Assembly: GCA_049516755.1 (NCBI GenBank)
Contig: JBEKSU010000001.1
Coordinates: forward strand, 1 to 51,306
Direction of reading: 5' to 3'
Length of the DNA: 51,306 bases
Origin: Verrucomicrobiota bacterium
Lineage (GTDB): Bacteria > Verrucomicrobiota > Verrucomicrobiia > Limisphaerales > UBA11358
The position numbers and the translations under genes are program-made. This document shows positions 32,423 through 42,492 of this stretch, one piece after another. Each line of letters starts with the position of its first letter. Positions within the stretch are counted from its first letter, which is position 1. The notes under the pieces were generated by a model, which saw only the letters and a list, made by a program, of their open reading frames with translations, was not told where the DNA came from and made no database searches.

Positions 32423-35400
32423 ATGAAACCTGAAACCCCAGGCTCAACTGCCGAACACCTTGGCATCGCCGGCCGCATCGCGCGGGCGTTCATTGATTCC
32501 AAGCTCACGCCGCTCATCATCATCACGTCGGTTCTGCTCGGCGTGTTTGCGGTGTGGATGCTGCCGCGCGAGGAGGAACCGCAAATCAAGGTGCCCATGG
32601 TGGACGTGCTCGTCACCATGCCCGGCTCCGGCGCCAAGGAGGTCGAGGAGCGCGTCACCCGCCCGATGGAAAAGCTGCTCTGGGAAATTCCCGGCGTGGA
32701 ATACATTTACTCGACATCGAGCGAAGGCCAGTCGCTGGTCATCGTGCGCTTCAAGGTGGGCGAAGACATGGAAAACAGCCTGGTGAAGCTGAACCAGAAG
32801 CTGCAGCAGAACTTCGACAAAATTCCGCACGGCGTTTCGCAGCCGCTCATCAAGGCACGGTCCATTGACGACGTGCCGATTCTGGCGCTGACATTTCACA
32901 GTTCGCGCTACGATCATCTCACGCTGCGCCGGCTGGTGGCGCAGGTGGACGACGCCGTGAAGCAGGTGCCGCAGGTGGCCGAAACCACCCTGATCGGCGG
33001 CGCGCACCGGCAGTTGCGGGTACTGCTGGACCCGGCGAAGCTCGCCTCGCGCAACCTCAGTCCCGCCGGCCTGGTTCCCATGTTGCAGCAGGCCAACCGC
33101 CAGTATGTCGCCGGCGAACTGACCAGCAACAACAAGGAAGTGGTCGTGGAAACCGGCGCGTTTCTGAAGGATGCCGGGGACGTGGGCAACGTGGTGGTGG
33201 GCGTGTTTGGCGGCAAACCGGTTTATCTGCGTGACGTGGCAACCATCGTGGATGGTTCGGAGGAGCCGTCACAGTACGTTTTTTTTGGTCAAGGTAGCGC
33301 AGGCGTCCCGCCTGCTGCCGAAGCACAAAATAAACCTTCGAATTTGCAGGCCGGAGGCCTGCGCTACGTTGAAGAACCCGCCGTCACGCTGAGCATTGCC
33401 AAGCGACCAGGCGCCAACGCCATTTCCGTCGCGCGGGAGGTGTTGAAAAAAGTTGAAACGCTCAAGGGCCGCGTCATTCCCGCCGACGTGCAGGTGACCG
33501 TCACGCGAAATTACGGCCTGACGGCCGAGGACAAATCCAACGAGCTGCTCTGGCACATGCTCATCGCCGTGGTGGGCGTGTCGCTGCTGATTTTGCTCGC
33601 GCTGGGCTGGCGTGAATCGCTCATCGTGGCCATCGCCATCCCGTCCACGCTCGCGCTGACGCTGCTGGTGTTTTATCTCCACGGGTTCACGCTGAACCGC
33701 ATCACGCTCTTCGCGCTGATTTTTTCCATCGGCATTCTCGTGGACGACGCCATCGTGGTGTTGGAAAATATCGTCCGCCACTTTCACCTGCCCTTCAACA
33801 AGGGCCGCCGGTGGCGGGACATTGCGGTGGAAGCCGTGAACGAAGTCGGCAACCCGACCATTCTCGCCACGTTCGCCGTGATTGCCGCCGTGCTGCCGAT
33901 GGCGTTTGTCGGAGGATTGATGGGGCCTTACATGCGGCCGATTCCCATCGGCTCGAGCGCGGCGATGTTATTCTCGCTGGCCATCGCGTTCATCGTCACG
34001 CCGTGGGCCAGCATCCGCATTCTGCACTGGGGCCGGAAATATTCCTGCCTGACCAAAGGCGCGGCGTGTGTGACCGGGGGAGGCCAGCCGCACCTGCATT
34101 CCGAGCATCCGGAGGATTTTTTCACAAAACTTTATCGCCGGTTCATGGGACCGCTGATCGCGCACCGGAACTGGCGTTATGCGTTTCTGGCCGGCATCAC
34201 CGGGCTGCTGTTGCTGGCGATGGCGCTGGTGGGCATCGGCTGGGTGAAGGTGAAAATGCTGCCGTTCGACAACAAGAGCGAATTCCAGATCATCCTCAAC
34301 ATGCCCGAAGGCAGCTCGCTGGAACGCACCACGGAAGCCGCGCGGGAAATCGCCGCCGCCGTCCGCACCGAACCGGAGGTGACGGACTACGAAATTTATG
34401 CCGGGGTCGCCTCGCCGTTCAATTTCAACGGCCTGGTGCGGCATTATTTCATGCGGCGCGGCGCCAATGTCGCCGACCTCCAGATCAATCTCGTGCCGAA
34501 GAGCAAACGCAAGGCGCAGAGCCACGACATTGCCAAACGCGTGCGTCCGCGCGTGGCCGCCATCGCCGCCAAATACGATGCCCGCGTGGCCGTGGCCGAA
34601 GTGCCGCCCGGCCCGCCGGTGTTGCAGACCCTCGGCGCCGAAATCTACGGGCCCACCGAGAAGGACCGTCTGGCCCTGGCGCAGAAGGTCATTGACATTT
34701 TTCATCAAACGCCGGGAGTCGTGGACACGGACTGGTATATCGAGGCCGACCAGCCGAAGGTTCGTTTTGTCATCGACAAGGAAAAGGCCGCGCTTCACGG
34801 CATCAGCGCCGAAACCATTTCCGAGACGCTGCGCATTGCCGTTGGCGGCGAATCGGTGGATTTGCTGCACGTGCCGCGGGAGAAGGAGGACGTGAACATC
34901 GTCCTGCAACTGCCGCTGGCCAGCCGGACCAGCCCCGAAGAACTGCTGGCGTTGCGCGTCCGCTCCGGCGATGCCAATGCATTGCCCGAACCGGGTTCCA
35001 CGACGGGGGTTCCGCCGTTGATTCCGTTGCGGGAACTCGTGACCATCGAACGGACGATCACCGACAAGAGCATTTACCACAAAAACCTCATGCCGGTGAC
35101 CTACGTCATCGGTGATGTGGCGGGGGTGGTGGAAAGCCCGGTCTATGCCATCCTGAAAATGAACCAGGCCTTGAAGAAGCTGGACACGCGCGAATTCGGC
35201 GGAGACGGTTCGCTATTGAAGATTTACAACGCGCACCTGCCGTTCACCGATTATCAGCCGTCGCTGAAATGGGATGGCGAATGGCATATCACCATTGAGG
35301 TGTTCCGCGACCTCGGCACGGCGTTCGCCGCGTGTCTGGTGTTGATTTACGTGTTGATGGTCGGCTGGTTCCGCTCATTCCTCACACCGTTGATTGTAAT

Positions 35401-35803
35401 GGCGGCCATTCCGTTCTCACTGGTCGGCATCCTGCCGGGGCACGGCGTGTTGCACGCCTTCTTCACGGCCACATCGATGATTGGTTTCATGGCGGGTGCG
35501 GGCATCGTGGTGCGCAATTCCATCATTCTGGTGGACTTCATCGAACAGCGATTGCGCGAAGGCATGCCTCTGGCGGAGGCGGTGGTGGATGCCGGGGCGG
35601 TACGTTTCCGGCCGATGCTGTTGACGGCGCTGGCGGTGGTGGTGGGCGCCAGCGTGATTCTGGCCGATCCGATTTTCCAGGGCCTGGCCATTTCGCTGAT
35701 GGCGGGAGAAATCGCGTCGCTGCTCATCAGCCGCATGGCTGTGCCGGTGCTTTACTTCATGGCCAACAGCGGGAAGGCCGGCGTTGAAATTTCCAAAAAT
35801 TAA
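32423..35803 (+). CDS. RND efflux permease (AcrB/CzcA superfamily)
   Basis: 1126 aa with 12-TM architecture. TM4 [17 protein letters not shown] (DD pair). Two large periplasmic loops. Confidence 0.95.
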   Translation: MKPETPGSTAEHLGIAGRIARAFIDSKLTPLIIITSVLLGVFAVWMLPREEEPQIKVPMVDVLVTMPGSGAKEVEERVTRPMEKLLWEIPGVEYIYSTSSEGQSLVIVRFKVGEDMENSLVKLNQKLQQNFDKIPHGVSQPLIKARSIDDVPILALTFHSSRYDHLTLRRLVAQVDDAVKQVPQVAETTLIGGAHRQLRVLLDPAKLASRNLSPAGLVPMLQQANRQYVAGELTSNNKEVVVETGAFLKDAGDVGNVVVGVFGGKPVYLRDVATIVDGSEEPSQYVFFGQGSAGVPPAAEAQNKPSNLQAGGLRYVEEPAVTLSIAKRPGANAISVAREVLKKVETLKGRVIPADVQVTVTRNYGLTAEDKSNELLWHMLIAVVGVSLLILLALGWRESLIVAIAIPSTLALTLLVFYLHGFTLNRITLFALIFSIGILVDDAIVVLENIVRHFHLPFNKGRRWRDIAVEAVNEVGNPTILATFAVIAAVLPMAFVGGLMGPYMRPIPIGSSAAMLFSLAIAFIVTPWASIRILHWGRKYSCLTKGAACVTGGGQPHLHSEHPEDFFTKLYRRFMGPLIAHRNWRYAFLAGITGLLLLAMALVGIGWVKVKMLPFDNKSEFQIILNMPEGSSLERTTEAAREIAAAVRTEPEVTDYEIYAGVASPFNFNGLVRHYFMRRGANVADLQINLVPKSKRKAQSHDIAKRVRPRVAAIAAKYDARVAVAEVPPGPPVLQTLGAEIYGPTEKDRLALAQKVIDIFHQTPGVVDTDWYIEADQPKVRFVIDKEKAALHGISAETISETLRIAVGGESVDLLHVPREKEDVNIVLQLPLASRTSPEELLALRVRSGDANALPEPGSTTGVPPLIPLRELVTIERTITDKSIYHKNLMPVTYVIGDVAGVVESPVYAILKMNQALKKLDTREFGGDGSLLKIYNAHLPFTDYQPSLKWDGEWHITIEVFRDLGTAFAACLVLIYVLMVGWFRSFLTPLIVMAAIPFSLVGILPGHGVLHAFFTATSMIGFMAGAGIVVRNSIILVDFIEQRLREGMPLAEAVVDAGAVRFRPMLLTALAVVVGASVILADPIFQGLAISLMAGEIASLLISRMAVPVLYFMANSGKAGVEISKN

Positions 35804-35807
35804 AAAC

Positions 35808-36176
35808 ATGAATTGGATTGCTTTGCTGATTATCGCAGTTGTTGTCGCGATTGTGTTTGTGATGAAACAAGCCGGTCAGATTTCAGTCCGGGATGCGCTG
35901 GCGCACCTCAAGAGCGGCGCGTTGGTGATTGACGTACGCAGCCCCGGCGAATTCAACTCCGGCCATCTGCCGGCGGCGATCAACATTCCGCTGGACGAAA
36001 TTGAAACCATCCTGCCGCGCCGCGTGAAGGATAAAAATCAGGTGCTGCTGCTGCATTGTCAGAGCGGAATGCGCAGCGGCGCGGCGAAAGGCAAATTGAA
36101 CCGCCTGGGCTACGCGAATGTTTTCAACCTCGGCTCGTATGGCCGTGCGGAAGGCATTTTGAAGCGGCAAAAGTAA
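35808..36176 (+). CDS. membrane-anchored single-domain rhodanese (sulfurtransferase)
   Basis: Anchor WIALLIIAVVVAIVFV. VIDVRSPGEFNSGHLPAAINIP. Active-site loop HCQSGMRS. Confidence 0.85.
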   Translation: MNWIALLIIAVVVAIVFVMKQAGQISVRDALAHLKSGALVIDVRSPGEFNSGHLPAAINIPLDEIETILPRRVKDKNQVLLLHCQSGMRSGAAKGKLNRLGYANVFNLGSYGRAEGILKRQK

Positions 36177-36207
36177 AAGGAAACGACAGCTGAAGGCGAA
36201 GAAAATT

Positions 36208-36756
36208 ATGCAGTCACTTTTGATCTATCTCCTTATCGGTGGAAGCCTCGGCGCATGTCTGGGGCATTTTAACCGGTGCAATTCCGGCGTCTGTCCGCTG
36301 ACGGCAAACTGGCGGCGGGGTGCGCTTTATGGAGCGGTATTGGCGCTGTTGTTTTATTCAATGTCCGGTTGCGGCGATTCCACGGCGATGAACCAGTCCT
36401 CGGCAAACGTAAAGCACATCACGGGCTCGGAGTTCGACGCCGAAGTGACGCGGGCCACGCTGCCGGTGGTGGCGGATTTTTATGCGACCTGGTGCGGTCC
36501 TTGTCGCCAGCTCGCGCCGACCCTGGACGCTTTGGCGGATCAATACGCGGGCAAGATCAAGTTCGTCAAAGTCAATGTGGACGAATCTCCGAAACTGGCG
36601 CAACAATTCCAAATCGAGGTGATCCCGACGCTGCTGTTTTTTAAGGGCGGGAAGCTTGCGGAAACTTCGGTTGGTCTGCTCACGAAGGCGGACCTGATCG
36701 GGCGGCTGGATTCCCTGCTTCAAACCAACGCTCCGCCCGCCGCGCCCGGCCGGTGA
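36208..36756 (+). CDS. thioredoxin fused to an N-terminal CxxGxCPLTAN membrane module
   Basis: N-terminus LLIGGSLGACLGHFNRCNSGVCPLTANWRRGALYGAVLALLF, followed by a classic thioredoxin (VADFYATWCGPCRQLAP, IPTLLFFKGG). Confidence 0.85.
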   Translation: MQSLLIYLLIGGSLGACLGHFNRCNSGVCPLTANWRRGALYGAVLALLFYSMSGCGDSTAMNQSSANVKHITGSEFDAEVTRATLPVVADFYATWCGPCRQLAPTLDALADQYAGKIKFVKVNVDESPKLAQQFQIEVIPTLLFFKGGKLAETSVGLLTKADLIGRLDSLLQTNAPPAAPGR

Positions 36757-36822
36757 GGATTTCGCGTTTTCAACACCTCCAGAAATTTTGCCAGCGCCGG
36801 GTTTTTCCCATACCTTTGTGAA

Positions 36823-37566
36823 ATGAACAGCAATCTGAAAGGAAAAGTCGCGCTGGTCACCGGCGCCTCGCGCGGCATCGGACGCGCCATCGCCGAACGC
36901 TTCAGCCGCGACGGAGCCGCCGTGGTCATCAACTATGTGAGCAATGCGGACGCCGCACGGAAGCTCGTGGGCGAAATTGAATCCTCTGGCGGCAAGGCGT
37001 CGGCCATCCAGGCCGATGTCGGGCAGGTGTCCGAGGTTGTCCGATTGTTTGACGAAACCATCGGCCGCTTCGGGAAGCTCGACATCCTCGTGAACAACGC
37101 CGGCCTCATGGTCACCAAACCGGTCGGCGCCATGACCGAGGCGGAGTTCGACCGCATTTTTGCCGTCAATGTGAAGGGCACATTTTTCGCCTGCCAGCAG
37201 GCGGCCACGCGTTTGGCGGAATGCGGGCGCATTATCAATGTGTCCAGTTCGACGACAGCGCGAATGATGCCGAACTATGCGGCTTACGTGGCCACCAAGG
37301 GCGCGGTGGAACAACTCACCCGTTCGCTCGCCGGGGAACTCGGCCCGCGCGGCATCACCGTCAATGTCATCTCCCCCGGCCCGACGGAAACCGAATTGTT
37401 CAAGGCCGGCAAAACAATGGAACAGATCCAGCGATTCGCGCAGTTGGCCGCGTTCGGACGGCTGGGCCAGCCGATGGAAATCGCCGACGTGGTGGCTTTT
37501 CTGGCGAGCGACGACGCCGGCTGGGTCACCGGCCAGAACCTCCGCGTCAACGGCGGCGCCGCGTGA
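36823..37566 (+). CDS. SDR-family oxidoreductase (FabG-like)
   Basis: TGASRGIGRAIA, NNAG, and Y-x3-K in YVATKGAVE. Confidence 0.9.
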   Translation: MNSNLKGKVALVTGASRGIGRAIAERFSRDGAAVVINYVSNADAARKLVGEIESSGGKASAIQADVGQVSEVVRLFDETIGRFGKLDILVNNAGLMVTKPVGAMTEAEFDRIFAVNVKGTFFACQQAATRLAECGRIINVSSSTTARMMPNYAAYVATKGAVEQLTRSLAGELGPRGITVNVISPGPTETELFKAGKTMEQIQRFAQLAAFGRLGQPMEIADVVAFLASDDAGWVTGQNLRVNGGAA

Positions 37567-37579
37567 ACTGGAATTGAGC

Positions 37580-38179
37580 ATGGACGCCGCCTTCTGGAAC
37601 GACCGCTACGCCGTCGCCGGCCATGTTTATGGCGAGGCGCCCAACGCGTTCGTGGCGGAAGTCGCGCCGCAAATTCCCCCCGGACTGGTGTTGTGCCTGG
37701 CCGAAGGCGAGGGACGCAACGCCGTTCATCTCGCCACGCTCGGCCACCGTGTTACTGCTGTGGATCAATCGGAGGTGGGCCTGGCCAAGGCCCGGCGTCT
37801 GGCCGGCGCGCGCGGCGTGGAAATCGAAACCGTGCTCGCCGACCTGGCAAATTTTTCTATCGGTGCCGGTGCGTGGGCGGGAATCGTCGCGACGTTTGCG
37901 CATCTGCCGCCAGCCTTGCGGCGGCGGGTCCATCGCGACGTGGTGACGGGGCTGCAGCCCGGCGGCGTGTTCGTCCTCGAAGCTTACACACCCGCGCAAC
38001 TGGCGTTCGACACCGGCGGGCCGAAAGATCCCGAACGGCTCATGACGCTGGCCGCCCTGCGCGAAGAATTGTCCGGCCTCGATTTTCTCATTGCCCGCGA
38101 ACTCGAACACAACGTAATCGAGGGCGACGGCCACACCGGCCGGGCCGCCGTCGTGCAAGTTCTCGCCCGCCGGCTCTAA
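37580..38179 (+). CDS. class I SAM-dependent methyltransferase
   Basis: FWNDRY... and motif I VLCLAEGEGRNAVHLA. Start taken at MDAAFW within ORF 37277..38179. Confidence 0.8.
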   Translation: MDAAFWNDRYAVAGHVYGEAPNAFVAEVAPQIPPGLVLCLAEGEGRNAVHLATLGHRVTAVDQSEVGLAKARRLAGARGVEIETVLADLANFSIGAGAWAGIVATFAHLPPALRRRVHRDVVTGLQPGGVFVLEAYTPAQLAFDTGGPKDPERLMTLAALREELSGLDFLIARELEHNVIEGDGHTGRAAVVQVLARRL

Positions 38180-38201
38180 TGTCGCGAGCGCGACCGGGAG
38201 T

Positions 38202-39830
38202 TCATGACATCCGCTTGCCATGCGGAACCAGACCTTCCGCCTGTTTCTGGCGGCGGCGATGAATGCGGCCGGATTTCAATTCCAGAACGTGGCTGATGCA
38301 CCCGGGCATTTCCCGGGCGTGATGCGTGACAAAGATGAGGCCGGCGCGGGTTTGCCCGATGACCCGGTCCACGGTGGCGAGCAGTGAGCGCCGGTGCGCA
38401 ACGTCCAGTCCCTGGCAGGGTTCGTCCAGGACCAGCAGCTCCGGCTTTTTGACCACGGCCCGGGCCAGCAGAACCAGGCGCTGGTCGCCGAGCGACAATT
38501 CGCCGAACGATTGCTCCGCCCGGCTGGCAAGACCCAGCCGGTGCAACCAGCCGCGGGCCGTCGCGCGTTGACGGGACGTGCCAGGCTCATAAAGGCCGAT
38601 CTGGTTGAAAAACCCGGAGCAGACGACCTCCAGACAGGACCAGCCCGCCGGGTAGTGCAGATGCAATTCCGGCGAGAGCCAGCCCAGTTTCCGGCGCAGG
38701 TGCCAGAGCGTGGCCGTGGTTTCGGGCCGCACGCCAAACAGCCGGAGGTCCAGCGCGTAAGCCTGCGGGTTGTCGCCCTGAATCAAACTCAACAAGGTCG
38801 TTTTGCCGGAACCGTTCGGTCCGAGCAACGCCCATTTCTCGCCTCGGCGCATCATCCAGGTGACGTCATCGAGGATGCGTTTGCTTCCGTGCCGGATGGT
38901 GACGTGGTTCAACTCGATCAACGGCGTGGCGCAGACTTTTCCGGCGTGATGATTCGAGGGCGAGCCGTCTTCATTACATTTCGCCGCGCCAAGGAACGAG
39001 GACGAGGAGGATGAAGACACAGAAGATTTGAGTTCGCGGGCCAGTGGATGTTTCAAAACGGCGCGGCGGGTTCCTTGCGCGATGATCCGTTGATTCCGGA
39101 CGAGCAGCAGATGGGTGGTGCCGGACGGCAATTCGTCGGGACGGTTGGTGATGAGCAGCACGGGCAATCCGGCGCGCATCAACCGTTGAATGACCCTTTG
39201 CAAACAGGCGCGGGTGGCCCGATCAAGACCGCCGAACGGGTCGTCGAGGATGAGCAGCCGCGGCGAGCGCAGCAGGGTGTGAACGAGGATCACCTTGCGC
39301 TGTTCGCCGCTGGACAGCACGGCCAGCCGCCGCCGTAACAAGTCTCCGATGCCCAGCCAGCGGCTGAAGCGCCGGCGGTTTTCCCGGAACCGGCGGGGAT
39401 CGCCCCGGTATCCGCCGACTTCAAATGGGTTGCGGTCCTCGACGCTGGCCTGGGAAAGGAACTGCGCCACGGTGCGGCGGCCTTCACTGATGCCGCTGTG
39501 CCAGCGTGATTGGTAGAACGAACTTTCGGCGGCAGCCAGATCGCGCTGGGTCTGCGGCGAGAGCAGGGCGATGGATTGTTCCGGGACCGCATCGGCCACG
39601 AGGCCGTCGAAATGATAGTGAATTTCCCCGTGCTGCAACGGCGCCTGGTCGCACAGGGCGAGCGCGAGCAGTGATTTGCCCGAACCATTGGGCCCGAGAA
39701 TGGCCCATTGTTCGCCGTGCCGCCACGTCCAGCGCGTGTGCGGAAACGCGACCCGCCCGTTCGAGCGGATGGCAATGTCGTCCAGCATGAGCAGCCGGGA
39801 ATCAATTTTTTCGGTGCCGGGTTTCACCAT
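38202..39830 (-). CDS. double-ATPase ABC protein without a TM domain (ModF-like)
   Basis: Two cassettes: GPNGSGKSLL/LSSGEQRKV/LLILDDPFGGLD and GPNGSGKTTLL/LSLGDQRLV/LLVLDEPCQGLD. Poly-Ser linker. Start taken at MVKPGTEK. Confidence 0.8.
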   Translation of the reverse strand: MVKPGTEKIDSRLLMLDDIAIRSNGRVAFPHTRWTWRHGEQWAILGPNGSGKSLLALALCDQAPLQHGEIHYHFDGLVADAVPEQSIALLSPQTQRDLAAAESSFYQSRWHSGISEGRRTVAQFLSQASVEDRNPFEVGGYRGDPRRFRENRRRFSRWLGIGDLLRRRLAVLSSGEQRKVILVHTLLRSPRLLILDDPFGGLDRATRACLQRVIQRLMRAGLPVLLITNRPDELPSGTTHLLLVRNQRIIAQGTRRAVLKHPLARELKSSVSSSSSSSFLGAAKCNEDGSPSNHHAGKVCATPLIELNHVTIRHGSKRILDDVTWMMRRGEKWALLGPNGSGKTTLLSLIQGDNPQAYALDLRLFGVRPETTATLWHLRRKLGWLSPELHLHYPAGWSCLEVVCSGFFNQIGLYEPGTSRQRATARGWLHRLGLASRAEQSFGELSLGDQRLVLLARAVVKKPELLVLDEPCQGLDVAHRRSLLATVDRVIGQTRAGLIFVTHHAREMPGCISHVLELKSGRIHRRRQKQAEGLVPHGKRMS

Positions 39831-40099
39831 GTCCGGCGATGATTTTACCGTTCTGGCGCCGGGGAAACAACCTTGCGGAAGTGCGGGTCGTGTCCTGATT
39901 TGTAGGCGACGAGGTGACGAGTCGTTTGGGCCAGCACTCCTTACGTCGTGCCCTACAACCAAATTAAGGCAATACCAAACGAGGTGGGAGTTTGCGCCAA
40001 AATTCCGGACGCTAAAGCCTCCCATTATGAAACTTGTCGAGTTATCCTCCGGCGCGCGGTTGCCGGCGAAAACAGCCGCAACTCCATTTGTGACAGGTT

Positions 40100-40900
40100 A
40101 TGAAAACGAAATTAAAGGCTTATGATTTAATGCAAAAGGTGCGCCGGGAAGCTCCGGTGGTGCATCACCTGACGAACTGGGTGACGATTTACGATTGCGC
40201 CCAAATCGTCAAAACCCTCGGCGCGTCGCCCGTCATGGCCCATGCGCCGGAGGAAGTGGCCGACATGACACAGATCGCTTCCGCCCTGGTGCTGAATATC
40301 GGCACGTTGACCGTGGATTTTGTGGAGGCGATGAAAACGGCGGCGACCAGCGCGAACCGGAAAGGCATCCCGGTCATTCTCGACGTGTGTGGCGCGGGTG
40401 CCACGAAATTGCGCGATCACAAAGCGTTCGAGCTGCTGGACCAGGTCAAAATCAATGTCATCAAGGGAAATGCCTCCGAAATCGCCCGCGTCAGCGGAGC
40501 CAACATCCGCACCAAAGGCGTGGATGCCACCGAAGTCGGAACGGATTTGGAGAAGCTGGCGCAAACGCTCGCCGTTCGCCGCCAGGCCACGGTGGTGATT
40601 ACAGGCAAAACGGACATTGTGGCCGATGCCCGGGGAATTTATCGCGTCAAAAACGGGCATGCCCTGATGACGCGCGTCGTTGGCACCGGTTGCATGGCGG
40701 CCTCTGTTATCGGCGCTTTCGCCGCCGTTGAACCGGATTACCGCCAGGCGGCGGCCTGTGCGCTGGCGTGCTACGGAATCGCGGCGGAACTGGCCGCGAA
40801 GCAATCGCGCGGCCCGGCGTCGTTCAAAGCCGCGTTGTTTGACTGCCTTTACAATCTGGACCGCCCGACCGTCGAAAAAATGCAACGCATCGAAGCGTGA
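40100..40900 (+). CDS. thiM: hydroxyethylthiazole kinase
   Basis: VHHLTNWVTIYDCAQIVKTLGASPVMA, VLNIGTL, IKGNASEI, VTGCMA-like VGTGCMAASVIGAF. Confidence 0.9.
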   Translation: MKTKLKAYDLMQKVRREAPVVHHLTNWVTIYDCAQIVKTLGASPVMAHAPEEVADMTQIASALVLNIGTLTVDFVEAMKTAATSANRKGIPVILDVCGAGATKLRDHKAFELLDQVKINVIKGNASEIARVSGANIRTKGVDATEVGTDLEKLAQTLAVRRQATVVITGKTDIVADARGIYRVKNGHALMTRVVGTGCMAASVIGAFAAVEPDYRQAAACALACYGIAAELAAKQSRGPASFKAALFDCLYNLDRPTVEKMQRIEA

Positions 40901-41511
40901 AAGGGTATTACTTCATCACGGACTCGAAATTGAGCCGGGCCGGCAATGTCAGCGATGTGCAAAACGCCGTCGCTGCCGGCGTGGCAGTGGTCCAATACCG
41001 CCGCCCGGATGCCTCCACCGCGGAACTTTTTGCCGAGGCCGCGGTTTTGAGAAAACTCTGCCGCCGGACGCTATTCCTGGTCAACGACCGGGTGGACATC
41101 GCACTGGCAGTTGAAGCCGATGGCGTTCATCTCGGGCAGAATGACCTGCCGCTCCCGGTTGCCCGAAAACTGCTGGGCCAGGGAAAGACCATCGGCCTCA
41201 CCGTCCACTCCCTTGCGGAAGCCCGGCAGGCGGAAGCGGCGGGAGCGGATTATCTGGGCGTCTCCCCGATATTCCCCACGCAAACCAAGGCGGACGCCGG
41301 CCCGCCCGCCGGAATTCAATTGATCCAGCAGATCAAGCGCGCGGTGAAGATTCCGCTCGTCGCCATTGGCGGAATCAGCCTGGCCAACGCACCGGAGGTG
41401 ATTCGGGCGGGAGCCGACGGCCTGTGCGCGATTTCAGCCGTCGTAAGCCGGGAAGACGTCCAGGCCGAGATCGAAAAATTCCAGCGGCTGTTTGGGCTTA
41501 CAACCCTGTGA
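40897..41511 (+). CDS. thiE: thiamine-phosphate synthase
   Basis: YFITD, VQYR, DGVHLGQNDL, GVSPIFPTQTK, VAIGGI. GTGA overlap with thiM. Confidence 0.9.
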   Translation: MKGYYFITDSKLSRAGNVSDVQNAVAAGVAVVQYRRPDASTAELFAEAAVLRKLCRRTLFLVNDRVDIALAVEADGVHLGQNDLPLPVARKLLGQGKTIGLTVHSLAEARQAEAAGADYLGVSPIFPTQTKADAGPPAGIQLIQQIKRAVKIPLVAIGGISLANAPEVIRAGADGLCAISAVVSREDVQAEIEKFQRLFGLTTL

Positions 41512-41552
41512 ATCTGCGTTCATCTGCGTCAATCAGCGGTTTCCGCCGCCGC

Positions 41553-42458
41553 TCATCCCGCCGCGCTAGTTTGCGGTGAAGTTCGCATCTTCACAACCTC
41601 CAGAAATTTCACCAGCACCGGGCTTTGGCTCCGGCCCCGGATGCGCTGCCAGTGGAGCGGACGCTGGACCGTCAAATCCTGCAACGGAATAATTCCCAGG
41701 GAACCTGCCTGCAGTTCCAGCGCGACAATCAGGCGCGACACGATGGAAATGCCCATGCCCGCGGCGACCAGGTTCTTGATGGCTTCCGGACTGGCCAGGG
41801 ACAGGAACGGTTTGATTTTAAGACCCCGCCGGCGCAAGGCCCGTTCCATCACCGCGCGCGTGCCGGAACCCTCCTCGCGCAGGATGAACGGTTCGCGGCA
41901 GATCTCCCGGACGGTCACGCGTTTTTTCCGGAGCAGGGGATGGCCGGCGGGCGCAATGGCCACCAGCTCGTCCTGAAAAAATACCGTGGATTCCAACTCC
42001 TCGGATTCCAGCGTCCCTTCGGTCAGGCCCAGTTCAATTGCCCCTTCGAGCAATAACCGCTGGACATGCTCGGTGTTGCCAATTTCCAGTTGCAGTTCAA
42101 TTTCGGGAAACTGGCGGTGAAATTCAGCAATCACCCACGGGAGTAGATAACCGCCAATGGTCTGGCTCGCGCCGATCGCCAGCCGCCCGCGTTTCAAACC
42201 GCGATATTCCTCAATCGCCCGCGCCGCATCATTTTCCACCGAACGCCAGCGATGGGCATAATCCGCCAGGATTTTTCCCGCCTCGGTCAGCCGGCAGCCG
42301 CGCGGCAGGCGGTCCAGCAGGCGGACGCCCAGCGCGTCCTCCAGTTCGGCGATTTGTTTGGAGACCGCCGGCTGGCTGACCCGCGCGGCGGCAGCGCCGC
42401 GGCTGATGCCGCCGGCTTGGGCAACGGCGTGAAACAACGCCAGGTGATTCCGATTCAT
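41553..42458 (-). CDS. LysR-family transcriptional regulator
   Basis: HTH LALFHAVAQAGGISRGAAAARVSQPAVSKQIAELE plus a LysR substrate-binding domain. Start taken at MNRNHL. Confidence 0.9.
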   Translation of the reverse strand: MNRNHLALFHAVAQAGGISRGAAAARVSQPAVSKQIAELEDALGVRLLDRLPRGCRLTEAGKILADYAHRWRSVENDAARAIEEYRGLKRGRLAIGASQTIGGYLLPWVIAEFHRQFPEIELQLEIGNTEHVQRLLLEGAIELGLTEGTLESEELESTVFFQDELVAIAPAGHPLLRKKRVTVREICREPFILREEGSGTRAVMERALRRRGLKIKPFLSLASPEAIKNLVAAGMGISIVSRLIVALELQAGSLGIIPLQDLTVQRPLHWQRIRGRSQSPVLVKFLEVVKMRTSPQTSAAG

Positions 42459-42465
42459 GGCATAA

Positions 42466-42478
42466 TCATAAGCTATGA
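42466..42478. promoter_or_regulatory. LysR-type T-N11-A box
   Basis: TCATA-AGC-TATGA palindrome in the divergent LysR/YeiH intergenic region. It is followed by TAATAT (42480..42485), 8 nt before the ATG at 42493. Confidence 0.4.
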
Positions 42479-42492
42479 CTAATATATAAACA

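Noticed and set aside
33968-35080. 370-aa ORF on the minus strand, plus several other ORFs inside 32423..35803
   Set aside because: They are antisense or out-of-frame shadows of the RND permease gene.
36358-37581. 407-aa ORF on the minus strand
   Set aside because: It is antisense to the thioredoxin and SDR genes, both with textbook motifs. Arg/Gly/His-rich and no recognisable domain.
38990-39020. Poly-Ser linker (SSVSSSSSSS) in the ModF-like ATPase as a possible slippage tract
   Set aside because: The codons are mixed (TCT/TCC/TCG...), not a perfect nucleotide repeat. It is a plausible flexible inter-cassette linker.
39831-40099. Expected TPP (THI-box) riboswitch upstream of thiM-thiE
   Set aside because: I could not find the conserved CUGAGA / ACCUGAUCUGGAUAAUGCCAGCG core on either strand. 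A covariance-model scan (Rfam RF00059) would settle it.
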